Source: Minisyncoccota bacterium (GTDB lineage Bacteria > Patescibacteriota > Minisyncoccia > UBA6257 > 2-01-FULL-56-20). From it: 63,944 bases of DNA. Every line of letters starts with the position of its first letter. Position 1 is the first letter of the stretch. The position numbers were made by a program, and so were the translations under genes. A model generated the notes under the pieces. The model made no database searches. It was not told the DNA's origin and saw only the letters and a list, made by a program, of their open reading frames with translations. The stretch spans positions 1-63,944 of the forward strand of contig DATCDU010000021.1 of the NCBI GenBank assembly GCA_036510525.1, read 5' to 3'. Positions 51,878-62,391 of this stretch are shown piece by piece.

Positions 51878-52966
51878 ATGTCAAATTCTCATAAAACAAT
51901 TTTTGTCGGCATGTCGGGCGGCGTGGACAGCTCTGTCACGGCGCATTTACTGAAAGAGCAGGGCTATGATGTCGTGGGTATCTTTATGCGTTGCTACAAC
52001 ATCGATGGCTGTGCCGAAGCCGACGCCGAGGATGCACGCCGCGTGGCGGAGCACATCGGCATCCCGTTCTACGTTTGGGATTTTGAGCAGGAGTATAAAG
52101 ACCGCGTGGTGCAGTATATGATAGAGGGCTATCGGGCTGGGATCACGCCCAATCCGGACGTGATGTGCAACCGCGAGATCAAATTCGGATTATTTTTGGA
52201 GAAAGCGCTCGCGAGCGGCGCGGACTTTGTGGCGACGGGGCATTATGTAAAACTAGAAAAATCGTTGGAAGGCGTTTTTAAATTGTTTGAAGCTACCGAT
52301 CCCAACAAAGACCAGTCATATTTTTTGTGGACCCTCGGCCAGAAACAGCTCGCGCATTGCCTATTCCCGATCGGTAGTATCAAGAAGCCTGAGGTGCGTG
52401 AGATCGCGCGTCGTGCTGGATTGCTTACGGCAGAGAAAAAGGATTCGCAGGGAATTTGCTTCCTCGGGAAGTTCTCATTGGACGATTTCCTCAAGCAATA
52501 TATTCCAGAGCATCGCGGCGCGCTCCTCACGACCTCCGGCGAGAAGATCGGCGAACATTCCGGCGTGGAGTTCTATACTATCGGACAGCGACATATTGAT
52601 GCCGACTTTGTGTTCCCGAAGACCGGCGGCGCAGTCGAGCGCAAGCCGCTCTATGTGGCTTCGAAAGATCCAGGGACAAATACCGTGATGCTTGCCGAGG
52701 GACAGGATGATCCGGCGCTCTATCGGAGCGAGATCGAATTGACACAGATAAATATTATCTCAGGGATACCGGAGGATGCCACGCCGGTTTCTGTTTGCGC
52801 CCGCGTGCGTTATCGCCAGCCGCTCTCGGGGGCAACACTCTCGAAACTCAACGAAGGCAAGTATAAGCTGGTATTTTCCACCCCTCAAAAATTCGTGGCC
52901 GAAGGCCAGTCCGTGGTGTTCTATAGTGCAAAAGGGGAGATGCTGGGCGGAGGGATCATTTTATAA
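51878..52966 (+). CDS. mnmA: tRNA 2-thiouridine(34) synthase
   Basis: PP-loop VGMSGGVDSSV. 362 aa. Confidence 0.92.
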   Translation: MSNSHKTIFVGMSGGVDSSVTAHLLKEQGYDVVGIFMRCYNIDGCAEADAEDARRVAEHIGIPFYVWDFEQEYKDRVVQYMIEGYRAGITPNPDVMCNREIKFGLFLEKALASGADFVATGHYVKLEKSLEGVFKLFEATDPNKDQSYFLWTLGQKQLAHCLFPIGSIKKPEVREIARRAGLLTAEKKDSQGICFLGKFSLDDFLKQYIPEHRGALLTTSGEKIGEHSGVEFYTIGQRHIDADFVFPKTGGAVERKPLYVASKDPGTNTVMLAEGQDDPALYRSEIELTQINIISGIPEDATPVSVCARVRYRQPLSGATLSKLNEGKYKLVFSTPQKFVAEGQSVVFYSAKGEMLGGGIIL

Positions 52967-52997
52967 TTCGATACATTAAATTTTCATTAAAAGTTTT

Positions 52998-53026
52998 TTG
53001 ACTTGGCGTTGTGGTACACCCATACT
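52998..53026 (+). promoter_or_regulatory. sigma70-like promoter (TTGACT-17-CATACT)
   Basis: The upstream TTCATTAAAAGTTTTTTGACTT resembles the promoter modules at 10181 and 25465. Confidence 0.45.
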
Positions 53027-53068
53027 ATGTCCACAAAGGTCATTTTAAATAAATTTAATACTATCTCT

Positions 53069-53242
53069 ATGAGAAAATGCGATCTGTGTCGAAAAGAGAC
53101 CACCTGGAATCACTGCATAAAGATCGAATGGTCGGGCATGCTTTCGTACTATAGATTGTGCGATGATTGTGGTGCTCCGGTGATAGCGTTTTTGCGGGGG
53201 AATCAGCTTATCAGCGAAGAAAAAAAGTTAATACATTTTTAA
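53069..53242 (+). CDS. small zinc-ribbon-like hypothetical protein
   Basis: MRKCDLCRKE...LCDDCG (CxxC...CxxC). AT-rich. Alternative start at 53027 lies inside the promoter. Confidence 0.4.
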   Translation: MRKCDLCRKETTWNHCIKIEWSGMLSYYRLCDDCGAPVIAFLRGNQLISEEKKLIHF

Positions 53243-53265
53243 TCTGCGACAGATATGATTGTTCA

Positions 53266-53463
53266 ATGGAACAATCAGAAAAAGAAAAATTACTGGAAGA
53301 GATACGCCTCATCATCCGCGAAGAAGTATCTCCGGTGTTGGACATCATTATGACCTACCTGGATATACAATTCGATATCTTCGACGAAACATTTCACCAG
53401 CTCTCCGGCGGGATCGTGGAGGTTCTGGGAAAGCTTACGGAGATACTTGAACGGCGATTGTGA
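53266..53463 (+). CDS. small helical hypothetical protein
   Basis: 65 aa, acidic helical sequence. AT-rich. Confidence 0.4.
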   Translation: MEQSEKEKLLEEIRLIIREEVSPVLDIIMTYLDIQFDIFDETFHQLSGGIVEVLGKLTEILERRL

Positions 53464-53504
53464 CCGATTGATTCAGCTCCCTGTCGGTGTTAACATTGGC
53501 CTAT

Positions 53505-54734
53505 ATGCGCCAATCTCAGTTGTTCACAAAGACGGAGCGGAACGCCCCAAAGGATGAGGCGACCGTAAATGCCCAACTCCTGGCCCGGGCCGGCTTTGTT
53601 TCTAAGCTGATGGCGGGCGTTTATAGCTATCTGCCGCTCGGGCTGCGGGTGCTCAACAATATAGAGAACATCGTCCGCGAGGAAATGAACGCTGTGGGCG
53701 GTCAGGAGGTCTCCATGCCGATGATCCACCCAAAGAGCATCTGGGCGACGACCGGCGGTTGGGATAAGGTTGATGTGCTATTCAAAGTAAAGAGTCGCAC
53801 CGAAAAAGATTATGCGCTCGGCCAGAGCGAAGAAGAAGTGGTGACGCCGCTCGTCATGAAGTATGTGAATACGTATAAAGATCTTCCGAAGGCGGTGTAT
53901 CAGATCAATTGGAAGTTCCGCGACGAGCTGCGCTCGAAATCGGGGCTTCTCCGCGGCATAGAGTTTCTGATGAAGGATATGTATAGCTTCCACGAGACAC
54001 AGGAGGATTTTGAGCGATTCTATGCGGAGATGAAGAAGGCATATCTACGCATTTTTGCCCGAATGGGATTGACGGCAAAGGTTACGGAGGCCTCCGGCGG
54101 TGCGTTCACGCAAAAAGTTTCATACGAATTCATGGTGCTCACCGATGCCGGTGAGGACGATATTTTATATTGCGACGCATGCGATTTTTGCGTGAACGTG
54201 GAGATCGCAAAAGAAAAAGAAGGGGAGAAGTGCACGCGATGCGGCAAGGGGACACTCGCGAAGGCACGGGCATCGGAGGTGGGTAACGTCTTCGACCTCG
54301 GCCAAAAATTTGCGAAGGATTTTGATGTGACGTACACAGACAAAGAGGGCAAGAAACAATATCCGATCATGGGCTGTTTTGGCGTCGGGATCTCCCGCGT
54401 GATGGGCGTGATTGTCGAGAAATATAACGACGAGCATGGCATCGTGTGGCCAGAATCGGTCGCGCCGTTTGCGGTGCATTTGCTCGCGCTCGGGGGCATC
54501 GATGGCTCGGAAGCCTATGATTCTTTACAAAAAGCGGGCATCCAAGTACTCTATGACGATAGGGAAATGTCCGCGGGCGAGAAGTTTGCGGAGGCCGATC
54601 TGATCGGTATTCCCTGGAGAATTGTGCTCAGCCCCAAGCTTGTTGATGAAATGGTGGAGATCAAAAAAAGGACGGAAAAAGAGCCCCGGGTCGTGAGTTT
54701 AAAAGAATCCTTGGCAATCATTAAAAATAATTAA
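53505..54734 (+). CDS. proS: prolyl-tRNA synthetase (short form without a large editing domain; Cys-rich insert)
   Basis: MRQSQLFTKTERNAPKDE...AGVYSYLPLG, FRDELRSKSGLLRGIEF. Insert CDACDFC...CTRCGKG. Confidence 0.9.
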   Translation: MRQSQLFTKTERNAPKDEATVNAQLLARAGFVSKLMAGVYSYLPLGLRVLNNIENIVREEMNAVGGQEVSMPMIHPKSIWATTGGWDKVDVLFKVKSRTEKDYALGQSEEEVVTPLVMKYVNTYKDLPKAVYQINWKFRDELRSKSGLLRGIEFLMKDMYSFHETQEDFERFYAEMKKAYLRIFARMGLTAKVTEASGGAFTQKVSYEFMVLTDAGEDDILYCDACDFCVNVEIAKEKEGEKCTRCGKGTLAKARASEVGNVFDLGQKFAKDFDVTYTDKEGKKQYPIMGCFGVGISRVMGVIVEKYNDEHGIVWPESVAPFAVHLLALGGIDGSEAYDSLQKAGIQVLYDDREMSAGEKFAEADLIGIPWRIVLSPKLVDEMVEIKKRTEKEPRVVSLKESLAIIKNN

Positions 54735-54751
54735 AATCATTCCGCGATACT

Positions 54752-55795
54752 ATGGCACTCTTCGATAATGTTTTCAAAGATATCGGCATCGATCTTGGCA
54801 CGGCGAATTCACTTATCTATTTAAAGAACAAAGGTATCGTGGTGAACGAGCCGTCCGTTGCGGCGATCAATACGAAGACGAACCACGTGCTTGCGGTGGG
54901 TGATGAGGCAAAGAAAATGTTGGGCCGCGTGCCGCCACATATCAACGTGGTGCGTCCGCTTGTGAACGGCGTCATCTCCGATTTTGAGATGACGGAGGAG
55001 ATGCTCCGTCATCTGCTCAGCCGCCCGAAAGCGAGTCCGATCATGTCCTACCGCCGCGCGATCCTTGCCATTCCGAACAACCTTACGGAAGTGGAGCGAA
55101 AATCCGTCGAGGACGCGGCGCTGAACGCCGGTTGCTCAAAAGTGTACCTCGTGGAGTCGCCGACCGCTGCCGCACTCGGCGCCGGCTTGCCGATCATGAC
55201 GCCGACCGCGAGCATGATCATCGACATCGGTGGCGGCACGACGGACATCGCCGTCATCTCGCTTGGTGGCACCGTCGTTTCGCGCACGCTGAAAGTCGCG
55301 GGGGACAAGTTCAACGAGGACATCATCCGCTACGTGCGTGACGAATTCCACCTTGCGATCGGCGAGCCGACGGCGGAGTTCGCCAAGATCGCAGTGGGTT
55401 CCGCGATCCCGCTCGATGAGCGCATGGAGGTTCCCATCCGTGGCCGCGACTATACGACCGGCCTCCCGCGTGAGATCGGCATGAAGAACAATCACGTGCG
55501 CATGGCACTCGCAAAATCATTGCGCCAGATCATCGATTCGGTACACGAAGTGATCGAAGAGACGCCGCCAGAACTGGCGGGCGATGTCTTGCGTCAGGGT
55601 ATCGTGCTGTGCGGCGGTGGCGCGCTCCTGCGCGGCTTCGACGAATTACTTGAAAAAGAGACGGGCGTTACCGTGACCGTGGCCGACGATCCGCTGACGT
55701 GCGTGGTGCGCGGGCTTGGCCAGATGGTGGACGACTTTGACGCGCATCGTGAGCTGCTCGACAACCCGCTGAAGCCGCTCTATATCAATCTGTAA
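54752..55795 (+). CDS. mreB: rod shape-determining protein MreB
   Basis: IGIDLGTANSLIY, DIGGGTTDIAVIS. Confidence 0.95.
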   Translation: MALFDNVFKDIGIDLGTANSLIYLKNKGIVVNEPSVAAINTKTNHVLAVGDEAKKMLGRVPPHINVVRPLVNGVISDFEMTEEMLRHLLSRPKASPIMSYRRAILAIPNNLTEVERKSVEDAALNAGCSKVYLVESPTAAALGAGLPIMTPTASMIIDIGGGTTDIAVISLGGTVVSRTLKVAGDKFNEDIIRYVRDEFHLAIGEPTAEFAKIAVGSAIPLDERMEVPIRGRDYTTGLPREIGMKNNHVRMALAKSLRQIIDSVHEVIEETPPELAGDVLRQGIVLCGGGALLRGFDELLEKETGVTVTVADDPLTCVVRGLGQMVDDFDAHRELLDNPLKPLYINL

Positions 55796-55810
55796 TGAGA
55801 ACGATCCTTT

Positions 55811-56518
55811 ATGGGGCGAAAGCGCATATCAAATGATCATTGGGCCGCGGGTGCGCTCATAGTCATACTCGCATTGCTTATTTTTTTTGCGCCTTCGTAT
55901 GGATGGGCGATCCGTGCGTGGCTGAGTCCGTCGTCGGGTGGCCCGGTCGGAAATGGTGCCGGCGCATCGCAGACGGATGATCAGACGCTTACCGCGGAGA
56001 ACGACGCGCTCAAAGCCCAGCTTGCGACACTGCAAGTGGTAGCATTGGAGTTGCCGACGTCAACATCGGACGCGGTCCGGGCGATGGTATATTCGCGCTA
56101 CCCGATGAACTTTAGGAACGAGCTCCTTGTGAATGCGGGGTCGGACGATGGTATTGTAGTCGGCGCGGCCGTCACGTTCCAGGGGATGCTACTTGGCCAG
56201 GTGGAGACGGTGTTCCCGACCGCGGCGCTTGTGCAGACCATTTTTGACAACACTCTCAAGATGCCGGTGCGGGTCGGTACCGGCGGCGCGGACGGACTTT
56301 TACAGGGCGGTTCCGATCCCATCGTAGGTTCCATCGCGAGCAATGCTACGATCACGCCGGGGGACATCGTCTATTCCGCCGCTCCGGGCATCCCGTACGC
56401 CCTGCCGATCGCACAGGTGGTCGCCACAAGCACTTCTGGGGATGGTTTTTTCCAGCAGGCGGCGCTTAGTTTTCCGTACGATGTGAATAATGTGGAAACC
56501 GTCCTTATAGCAAAATAA
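55811..56518 (+). CDS. mreC: rod shape-determining protein MreC
   Basis: TM helix, coiled coil (ENDALKAQLATLQ) and beta-rich domain. Position after mreB. Confidence 0.75.
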   Translation: MGRKRISNDHWAAGALIVILALLIFFAPSYGWAIRAWLSPSSGGPVGNGAGASQTDDQTLTAENDALKAQLATLQVVALELPTSTSDAVRAMVYSRYPMNFRNELLVNAGSDDGIVVGAAVTFQGMLLGQVETVFPTAALVQTIFDNTLKMPVRVGTGGADGLLQGGSDPIVGSIASNATITPGDIVYSAAPGIPYALPIAQVVATSTSGDGFFQQAALSFPYDVNNVETVLIAK

Positions 56519-56519
56519 T

Positions 56520-56960
56520 ATGTTGCGATTGCGATCCATTCTTGCCATCCTCATCCTGCTCCTCGCGTGTGCGCTCCAATTCTGGTTTGCGTCGGCGGGA
56601 ACGTTCATCAATTTCATCTTTGCGACACTCATCGTTTTCGCGTTCTACTTTGAGATCTGGGAATTGCTCATATTTGTCCTGTTTGGGGTATTCGTGGTCA
56701 ACTGGCAGCCGGCGGCGAGCACCGATATTTTTATCTTTGGCATCATTCCGATCGCGGCCTACGCGTTCCATAAAGTGTTCTCATGGTCGGTATGGGCAGC
56801 GGCCCCCGTCGCGATCGTGTGCGGATTCATCGTGCTCTATCTCGCCATTGCGCCCTCGGCGTTCTTTGGGGATTGGGAATTATTGTTGATAGACATGCTT
56901 GGCGGTCTGATATTTGGCGGTTTGATATTTTTGGTGTTCGACAGGTTGAATCTTTCATAA
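56520..56960 (+). CDS. mreD: MreD-like membrane protein
   Basis: 146-aa polytopic membrane protein between mreC and PBP2. Confidence 0.6.
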   Translation: MLRLRSILAILILLLACALQFWFASAGTFINFIFATLIVFAFYFEIWELLIFVLFGVFVVNWQPAASTDIFIFGIIPIAAYAFHKVFSWSVWAAAPVAIVCGFIVLYLAIAPSAFFGDWELLLIDMLGGLIFGGLIFLVFDRLNLS

Positions 56961-56966
56961 CCTCGT

Positions 56967-58892
56967 GTGATGAAGAAGAAGCCAGATATTCCATTTGAAG
57001 ATTCGTTGAATGACGATTGGGGCCACGACCTTGATATGGTGGAAGTGCCGCTCGGCGCGCGACCATCCGCCGTGCTCGGCGCGGTCATTGGCGCCATCGC
57101 GCTCGTCATACTCGGGCGCGTGGCGTATCTGAACATGTCGGGCGGTTACTACGCCGCGCGCGCGCTCGACAACGCAAGCCAGGCACAGGCGACGCCTGCG
57201 CCGCGGGGCATCATCTACGATGCTGAAGGCGATCCGCTCGTGGAGAACAAGGCAGTCTTCGACGCTGTCCTCAACGCGAACCTTTTCATTTCCAATCCAT
57301 CGTTGCAGAGTTCAACACTTGCCGAAGCGCAAGATATTCTCGGTGTTCCCTCGTCAACCGTGTGGTCGTTGTTAAGCCAAAGCGAAGCGCAGGATTTTTC
57401 CACCCCGGTGGTATTGGCGCAAGACATCAGCCAGTCGCAGCTTGTGAACATCCAGGCGTTCGGATCGTCCACGATCGAGATCCAGAGCGATTATGAGCGA
57501 TATTATCCGAACGGCCCGGTCTTCTCATCCGTCGTGGGATACGTCGGGCGCGTGAGCGAGAGCGATCTTGCGAGCGATGCAAAGCTCACCGCCGACGACT
57601 TTGTGGGAAAGACGGGTATCGAACAGGAATATGACACGGTGTTGCAAGGCACGCCGGGTGTCAGCGTTAAATTCACCAATGCCACCGGAAAAGTATTGGG
57701 AGAAGAACAGCAATCGTCACCCACCATTGGTGGATCGGTGCATTTGACGATCGATGGCGGTTTACAGACAGAACTGTACGACGCCATCCAGCAGGAGCTT
57801 TCGGTGCTTGGGCGTCAGGTGGGCGTCGGGCTTGCGATCGATCCGCAGACGGGCGCCGTGCTCTCGCTCGTCAATCTGCCGGGATACGATAACAACGCGT
57901 TTGAGAATCCCGCGAGCAGTACTGCGAAAATTCAAAATTATCTGACATCGCCCGATAAGCCGCTCTTTGATCGCGTGGTATCCGGACAGTATCAACCCGG
58001 GTCAACGATCAAGCCGCTTGATGCGGTTGCGGCGTTGAAAGAGGGTATTATCACGCCCGATCAGGAACTGTATTCGCCCGGCTATCTGATGGTGCCCGAC
58101 CCGTATAACTCCTCGACGCCTACAAAATATCTCGATTGGGAATCGCATGGCTATATCGACCTTGCCAGCGCGCTCGCGCAGTCGTCAGATGTCTACTTCT
58201 ACATCGTCGGTGGTGGATCACCGGAGTACACCACCCCGCCACTCAATAATTCGGTGGATTATGGCATTACGGGATTGGGCCCCGCGCAACTCTATAACTG
58301 GTGGAGTACCTTTGCGTTGGGAAAGCGCACGGGGATCGATCTGCCGAGCGAGGCGGCGGGATTCTTACCGACGCCCGCGTGGTGGAGCACCGTCTCCACG
58401 CGCCCGTGGTCGCTCGGCGACACGTACAACGTTTCTATCGGCCAGGGATCGCTCGCTGTGACGCCGATCCAGCTCCTGAGCTATATCGACGCGATCGCGA
58501 ACGGCGGCACGATCTACAAGCCGTTCTTGAACGCCAGTTCGACGCCGGTCGTGAGCGCCGATTTGACCGATCTTTTGCCGCAGATAGAGCAGGTACAGCA
58601 GGGGATGCTTGAAACGGTATCCGACCCGCGCGGCACCGCGTACACGATGGACAACCTTCCCGCGCAGGCGTGCGCGAAGACCGGGAGCGCGCAGGTACAG
58701 AACAACCAGGAGGAAAACGCGCTCTTTGTGGGCTATTTCCCGTGCATAAATCCAAAGATCGCACTGCTTATCCTTATTGAGAATTCCAAACAGGGAAGTT
58801 TGAACGCGGTTCCTATCGCTAAGAACGTTTTTGATTGGTATTATTATAATAGAATGGTCGGTGGCGCGACTGCCACAAGCACCACGCAATAA
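56967..58892 (+). CDS. mrdA: penicillin-binding protein 2 (class B transpeptidase)
   Basis: SxxK (GSTIKP) and KTG (AKTGSAQ) motifs. N-terminal TM helix. Confidence 0.9.
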   Translation: MMKKKPDIPFEDSLNDDWGHDLDMVEVPLGARPSAVLGAVIGAIALVILGRVAYLNMSGGYYAARALDNASQAQATPAPRGIIYDAEGDPLVENKAVFDAVLNANLFISNPSLQSSTLAEAQDILGVPSSTVWSLLSQSEAQDFSTPVVLAQDISQSQLVNIQAFGSSTIEIQSDYERYYPNGPVFSSVVGYVGRVSESDLASDAKLTADDFVGKTGIEQEYDTVLQGTPGVSVKFTNATGKVLGEEQQSSPTIGGSVHLTIDGGLQTELYDAIQQELSVLGRQVGVGLAIDPQTGAVLSLVNLPGYDNNAFENPASSTAKIQNYLTSPDKPLFDRVVSGQYQPGSTIKPLDAVAALKEGIITPDQELYSPGYLMVPDPYNSSTPTKYLDWESHGYIDLASALAQSSDVYFYIVGGGSPEYTTPPLNNSVDYGITGLGPAQLYNWWSTFALGKRTGIDLPSEAAGFLPTPAWWSTVSTRPWSLGDTYNVSIGQGSLAVTPIQLLSYIDAIANGGTIYKPFLNASSTPVVSADLTDLLPQIEQVQQGMLETVSDPRGTAYTMDNLPAQACAKTGSAQVQNNQEENALFVGYFPCINPKIALLILIENSKQGSLNAVPIAKNVFDWYYYNRMVGGATATSTTQ

Positions 58893-58893
58893 T

Positions 58894-59916
58894 ATGAGCG
58901 AATTACGACAAGATTTAACGTCGGGGGATTGGGTATTGATCGCGCCGGGGCGTGCGGCACGGCCGAAGTTTTTGGATGCAAAAAAGAAGCCGAGAAAAAA
59001 ATCCCCAAAAAATAGCTGCCCATTCGAGGATCTGAAAAAAAACGGTAACTGGCCGCCAATGCTCCTCTTTCCCCATGAAAAAAACTGGGATATTGCGGTG
59101 ATCCCCAATAAATATCCCGCCGTCGAACGCGGATCGGTTTGTTCCGTGCCGTTTCGGCATGGTATCTATCATGCTCGCACGGCGGTGGGAACGCATAACT
59201 TGCTCATCACTCGCGACCATAACAGGCACTTTATCGATCTCAGTGCCGCCGAGGCCATCAAAGTATTCGAGGCACTCAAAGTGCTCCATCAGATGGCTGC
59301 CAAGGACAAGTGCGCCGCATATATTTCATCGTTCTATAATTACGGCCCGGCGGCGGGCGCGTCTCTGTGGCATCCTCACTACCAGATACTTTCACTTCCT
59401 ATCATCCCGCCACATACGGCACATTCCCTCCGTGGTGCGAGCGATTATTTTAAAAAATTTGGACGATGTGTGCGCTGCGATATCCTGAAGATAGAAAGGA
59501 AGAAAAAAGTACGCATCGTTGTCGAGAACGAACACGCGATCGTTCTCGCCCCCTACGCTTCAAAGCGGCCTTTTGAAATAAACGTGCTTCCAAAAAAGCA
59601 CTGGGCATCATTCCGTGAAACGTCGCCTGCGGCGGTCCGCGGTATCGCGCTTGCCCTCCAATCGGCAATGCAACGAATGAAAAAGAACCTGAATGATCCC
59701 GATCTGAACTTTTTCATACACGATACGCCGCTCGATCGGAAGGATTATCGTCATCATCATTGGCACATCGAAGTTGTGCCGGTGAATATCATTTCACCGC
59801 CCGGGGGTTTTGAGATCTCAACCGCGATCAATATCAACGCCATAGATCCGGACGCCGCTACCGCGATACTGCGAGGAAAGAAAACGAAGATTCCGGCGTC
59901 GCACGAGCAGCCATGA
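58894..59916 (+). CDS. GalT/HIT-family nucleotidyltransferase-like protein
   Basis: LWHPHYQIL (HxHxQ) and a second HHHWHIE motif. Start at the ATG at 58894, just after the PBP2 stop. Confidence 0.7.
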   Translation: MSELRQDLTSGDWVLIAPGRAARPKFLDAKKKPRKKSPKNSCPFEDLKKNGNWPPMLLFPHEKNWDIAVIPNKYPAVERGSVCSVPFRHGIYHARTAVGTHNLLITRDHNRHFIDLSAAEAIKVFEALKVLHQMAAKDKCAAYISSFYNYGPAAGASLWHPHYQILSLPIIPPHTAHSLRGASDYFKKFGRCVRCDILKIERKKKVRIVVENEHAIVLAPYASKRPFEINVLPKKHWASFRETSPAAVRGIALALQSAMQRMKKNLNDPDLNFFIHDTPLDRKDYRHHHWHIEVVPVNIISPPGGFEISTAININAIDPDAATAILRGKKTKIPASHEQP

Positions 59917-60257
59917 TCAAAAAGATATCACAACATCGCCTGGTAAGTTTGCTTTCGCTCCTGTCTCTCGCATTTGTCGTGGGTGGCTTTTTCTGGGCGC
60001 TGGGCGCTTTGAGCAGTATGTCATCCGGCCCGGTCATCCTGCATTTCAACGATATGGAGGGGATCACCCACATTGGGAATTTTGGCGACATCATACTGAT
60101 GGGCATTCTTGGCGTCGTCATCGTGGTCGTCGATTTCTTCGTCGCGCTTGACCTTGAGGCGCGGGATAAGGTTCTGGGGAAGATTGTTGCCGTGATGACC
60201 CTCGTTATGGCCATCTTGCTATTTCTCAGCTTTGCGGCTATAATCAATGTCAATTAA
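59913..60257 (+). CDS. hypothetical membrane protein
   Basis: 114 aa with 3 TM segments. ATGA overlap with the upstream gene. Confidence 0.5.
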   Translation: MIKKISQHRLVSLLSLLSLAFVVGGFFWALGALSSMSSGPVILHFNDMEGITHIGNFGDIILMGILGVVIVVVDFFVALDLEARDKVLGKIVAVMTLVMAILLFLSFAAIINVN

Positions 60258-60281
60258 ACCATTCATATTGCATTAAAGATC

Positions 60282-60596
60282 ATGGCAAACGACTTCGCGG
60301 TAATTGAAACGGGCGGCAAGCAATATCGGGTCTCTGCGGGGACAAAGCTTAAAGTAGAAAAGCTGGACGTGAAGGCCGGCGATAAGGTGGTCTTTGACAC
60401 CGTCCTTTTGACGTCCGTTGGCGATGCGGTCAAGGTTGGCGCGCCATACGTTGCGGGCGCAAAGACAGAAGCCACGGTACTCGGCGACGGCCGGGGCAAA
60501 AAAGCGATCGTCTTCAAGTATCATCCGAAGACCCGCAGCCGCAAGAAAAAGGGCCACAGGCAGGAATATACCGAGCTGGAAATTGTGAAGATATAA
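60282..60596 (+). CDS. rplU: 50S ribosomal protein L21
   Basis: FAVIETGGKQYRV...KKKGHRQ. No rpmA follows. Confidence 0.93.
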   Translation: MANDFAVIETGGKQYRVSAGTKLKVEKLDVKAGDKVVFDTVLLTSVGDAVKVGAPYVAGAKTEATVLGDGRGKKAIVFKYHPKTRSRKKKGHRQEYTELEIVKI

Positions 60597-60618
60597 AACA
60601 CCCATCGGGGTGTTTTCG
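60596..60618 (+). terminator. intrinsic terminator
   Basis: AAAACACCC-ATC-GGGGTGTTTT. Confidence 0.8.
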
Positions 60619-60637
60619 TTTATGGTATAATAGACAT

Positions 60638-60874
60638 ATGAACATATTAAATTCGGTCGTCGGGTCGGGCTTTGGTGGGGCCGGCGGCGTGTGGTTGTTG
60701 TTCATTGTGGTATGGAGCCTGTTTTGGAAAGGCCTCGCGTTATGGCATTCGGGCAGGCGGGGACAGCCGTGGTGGTTTGTGATTATACTGATCGTCAACA
60801 CCGTCGGCATTTTGGAGATTATCTATCTTTTTGCGGTGTGCAAATTGAAGTTCTCGGAACTATTTAAAAAATAG
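60638..60874 (+). CDS. DUF5652-like small membrane protein
   Basis: WSLFWKGLALWHSGRRGQPWWFVIILIVNTVGILEIIYL matches a remembered family common in CPR genomes. Confidence 0.6.
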   Translation: MNILNSVVGSGFGGAGGVWLLFIVVWSLFWKGLALWHSGRRGQPWWFVIILIVNTVGILEIIYLFAVCKLKFSELFKK

Positions 60875-60877
60875 GGT

Positions 60878-62374
60878 CTAGTCTATATAAAAAATCTCCG
60901 CACTCGGCGTTCCTGTCGGAATGGTGCTTGTGCCATCCGTCGGGCTACCGGGGACGACATAATGGATGTTCGCCGCGGCTGCGTCAGCGGTGGTGAAGGA
61001 ATGGGTGATGAACATCGTGGTCTCTGCCGGCACGGGGACTCCGCGCGCGAGGACGCCGCCGGCGTTTACGACCACATACTTCGGTGTGCTCGCGGGCAGG
61101 GCATTGATCTCCTGGCCGATCGTCACGTAGTTGGCGCTGAACGCGCCGGGCACGTTCGGGTTTTGTGCCCACACCACAAAGTAATCATAATAGCCCCAGC
61201 CGGCCACGACGATGATGAACGCGACCATGAGCGATTTGGCGAGCGGCATGCTCCAATGTTTTTTGATGATGCGATAGAGCCAGACGCCGCCGAGCGTGGC
61301 GAAGATGAGCGCCGGGGCAAGGGCGAGGATGGAGCGCAACGCGTGCGGGATGCCTTCATCTGAAGCGGCGGCGGGCAGGATACCAAAGATGAGCCATGTG
61401 AATGTGAGCAGGATGCCGAACTGCGGGAACAACTTTTCATTCTCCGCGGTGATATATTTTTTGCGCCACCGACGGATGACGTAATAGCCCGAGAGCACGA
61501 TGCCGAGCAGGAACAGCATGCCGACTGGCCAGAACAGTTCCGGCGCACCGCTTACGTTTTGCCGCCAATTGTAGTCGCCATGATAGTTGAACATCAGTGC
61601 TTCCTTTACGATGTTCACCGCGAAGTCGTGGGCAGGACTCGACGCGCTCGTCACACTGATCTCTGCCGTGCGGCCGAAGAAGCTTCCGGGCGTGGTGGCG
61701 AAATACCAGCCGAGCGGGGCGGCAACGATGAATGTGACAATAATAAAGAGCGCCGTGCGTTTCCAAAAGCCAGGAAGTTTTCTAAAGAATGGGATGAATA
61801 AAAGGAACAAAATTGGCGTGACTCGATAGGCGATATAGGTATAGAAGCCGAGCCCATAGACGATGCCCGCGAGCGCCGCCAAAAGGAAGCCCGCGCGTTT
61901 GTTCCCAGCACGGAACGCTTTGATGATGAGCCACAGCGTAAAAACAAGTGCGAGCGGCGCAAGGATCGCCCGGAACCCGATGCGTGAGAAGATGACGCCC
62001 CAGAAGCTCGTGGCGAGCAGGAATGCGGCGAGCAACCCGGGGCCGTTGCCGAAGAGCTCGGCGACGAGCAGATAGAGACCCCAGACCGTGAGCACGCCCG
62101 CGACTGCTGCCGGTAGGCGAATGATCCAGGGTTCGTAGACCGGCCATACCTTGAGGATGACTGCGATGATGTTCACGTAGAGTCCTTCGCGGCCGTTGTC
62201 TTCCGGATAGAAAACCTGGAATTGGTTCGTCTCCGCGACCTCGACGGCGTTGTTGCCGTCCATCGCTTCATCCGGATAAAGTCCCGGCGGGGTCGTCGTG
62301 AAATGGTAGAATCGGAGGAAGATTGCTATAATCAAGATACCGGTCAGCAGCACACTACGCTGAGTTTTGGACAT
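60878..62374 (-). CDS. family-39 (ArnT/PMT-like) glycosyltransferase
   Basis: FLRFYHFTTTPPGLYPDEAMDGNNA first-loop DE motif, about 12 TM helices. Start set at MSKTQRS (62374). An alternative start MVMNPF lies upstream at 62410; the track ORF start at 62530 overlaps the divergent gene. Confidence 0.75.
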   Translation of the reverse strand: MSKTQRSVLLTGILIIAIFLRFYHFTTTPPGLYPDEAMDGNNAVEVAETNQFQVFYPEDNGREGLYVNIIAVILKVWPVYEPWIIRLPAAVAGVLTVWGLYLLVAELFGNGPGLLAAFLLATSFWGVIFSRIGFRAILAPLALVFTLWLIIKAFRAGNKRAGFLLAALAGIVYGLGFYTYIAYRVTPILFLLFIPFFRKLPGFWKRTALFIIVTFIVAAPLGWYFATTPGSFFGRTAEISVTSASSPAHDFAVNIVKEALMFNYHGDYNWRQNVSGAPELFWPVGMLFLLGIVLSGYYVIRRWRKKYITAENEKLFPQFGILLTFTWLIFGILPAAASDEGIPHALRSILALAPALIFATLGGVWLYRIIKKHWSMPLAKSLMVAFIIVVAGWGYYDYFVVWAQNPNVPGAFSANYVTIGQEINALPASTPKYVVVNAGGVLARGVPVPAETTMFITHSFTTADAAAANIHYVVPGSPTDGTSTIPTGTPSAEIFYID

Positions 62375-62391
62375 TCTTTTAATTATATCAA

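Noticed and set aside
58831-58893. N-terminal extension of the GalT-like ORF
   Set aside because: It overlaps the end of the PBP2 gene. The ATG at 58894, immediately after the PBP2 stop, gives a typical N-terminus.
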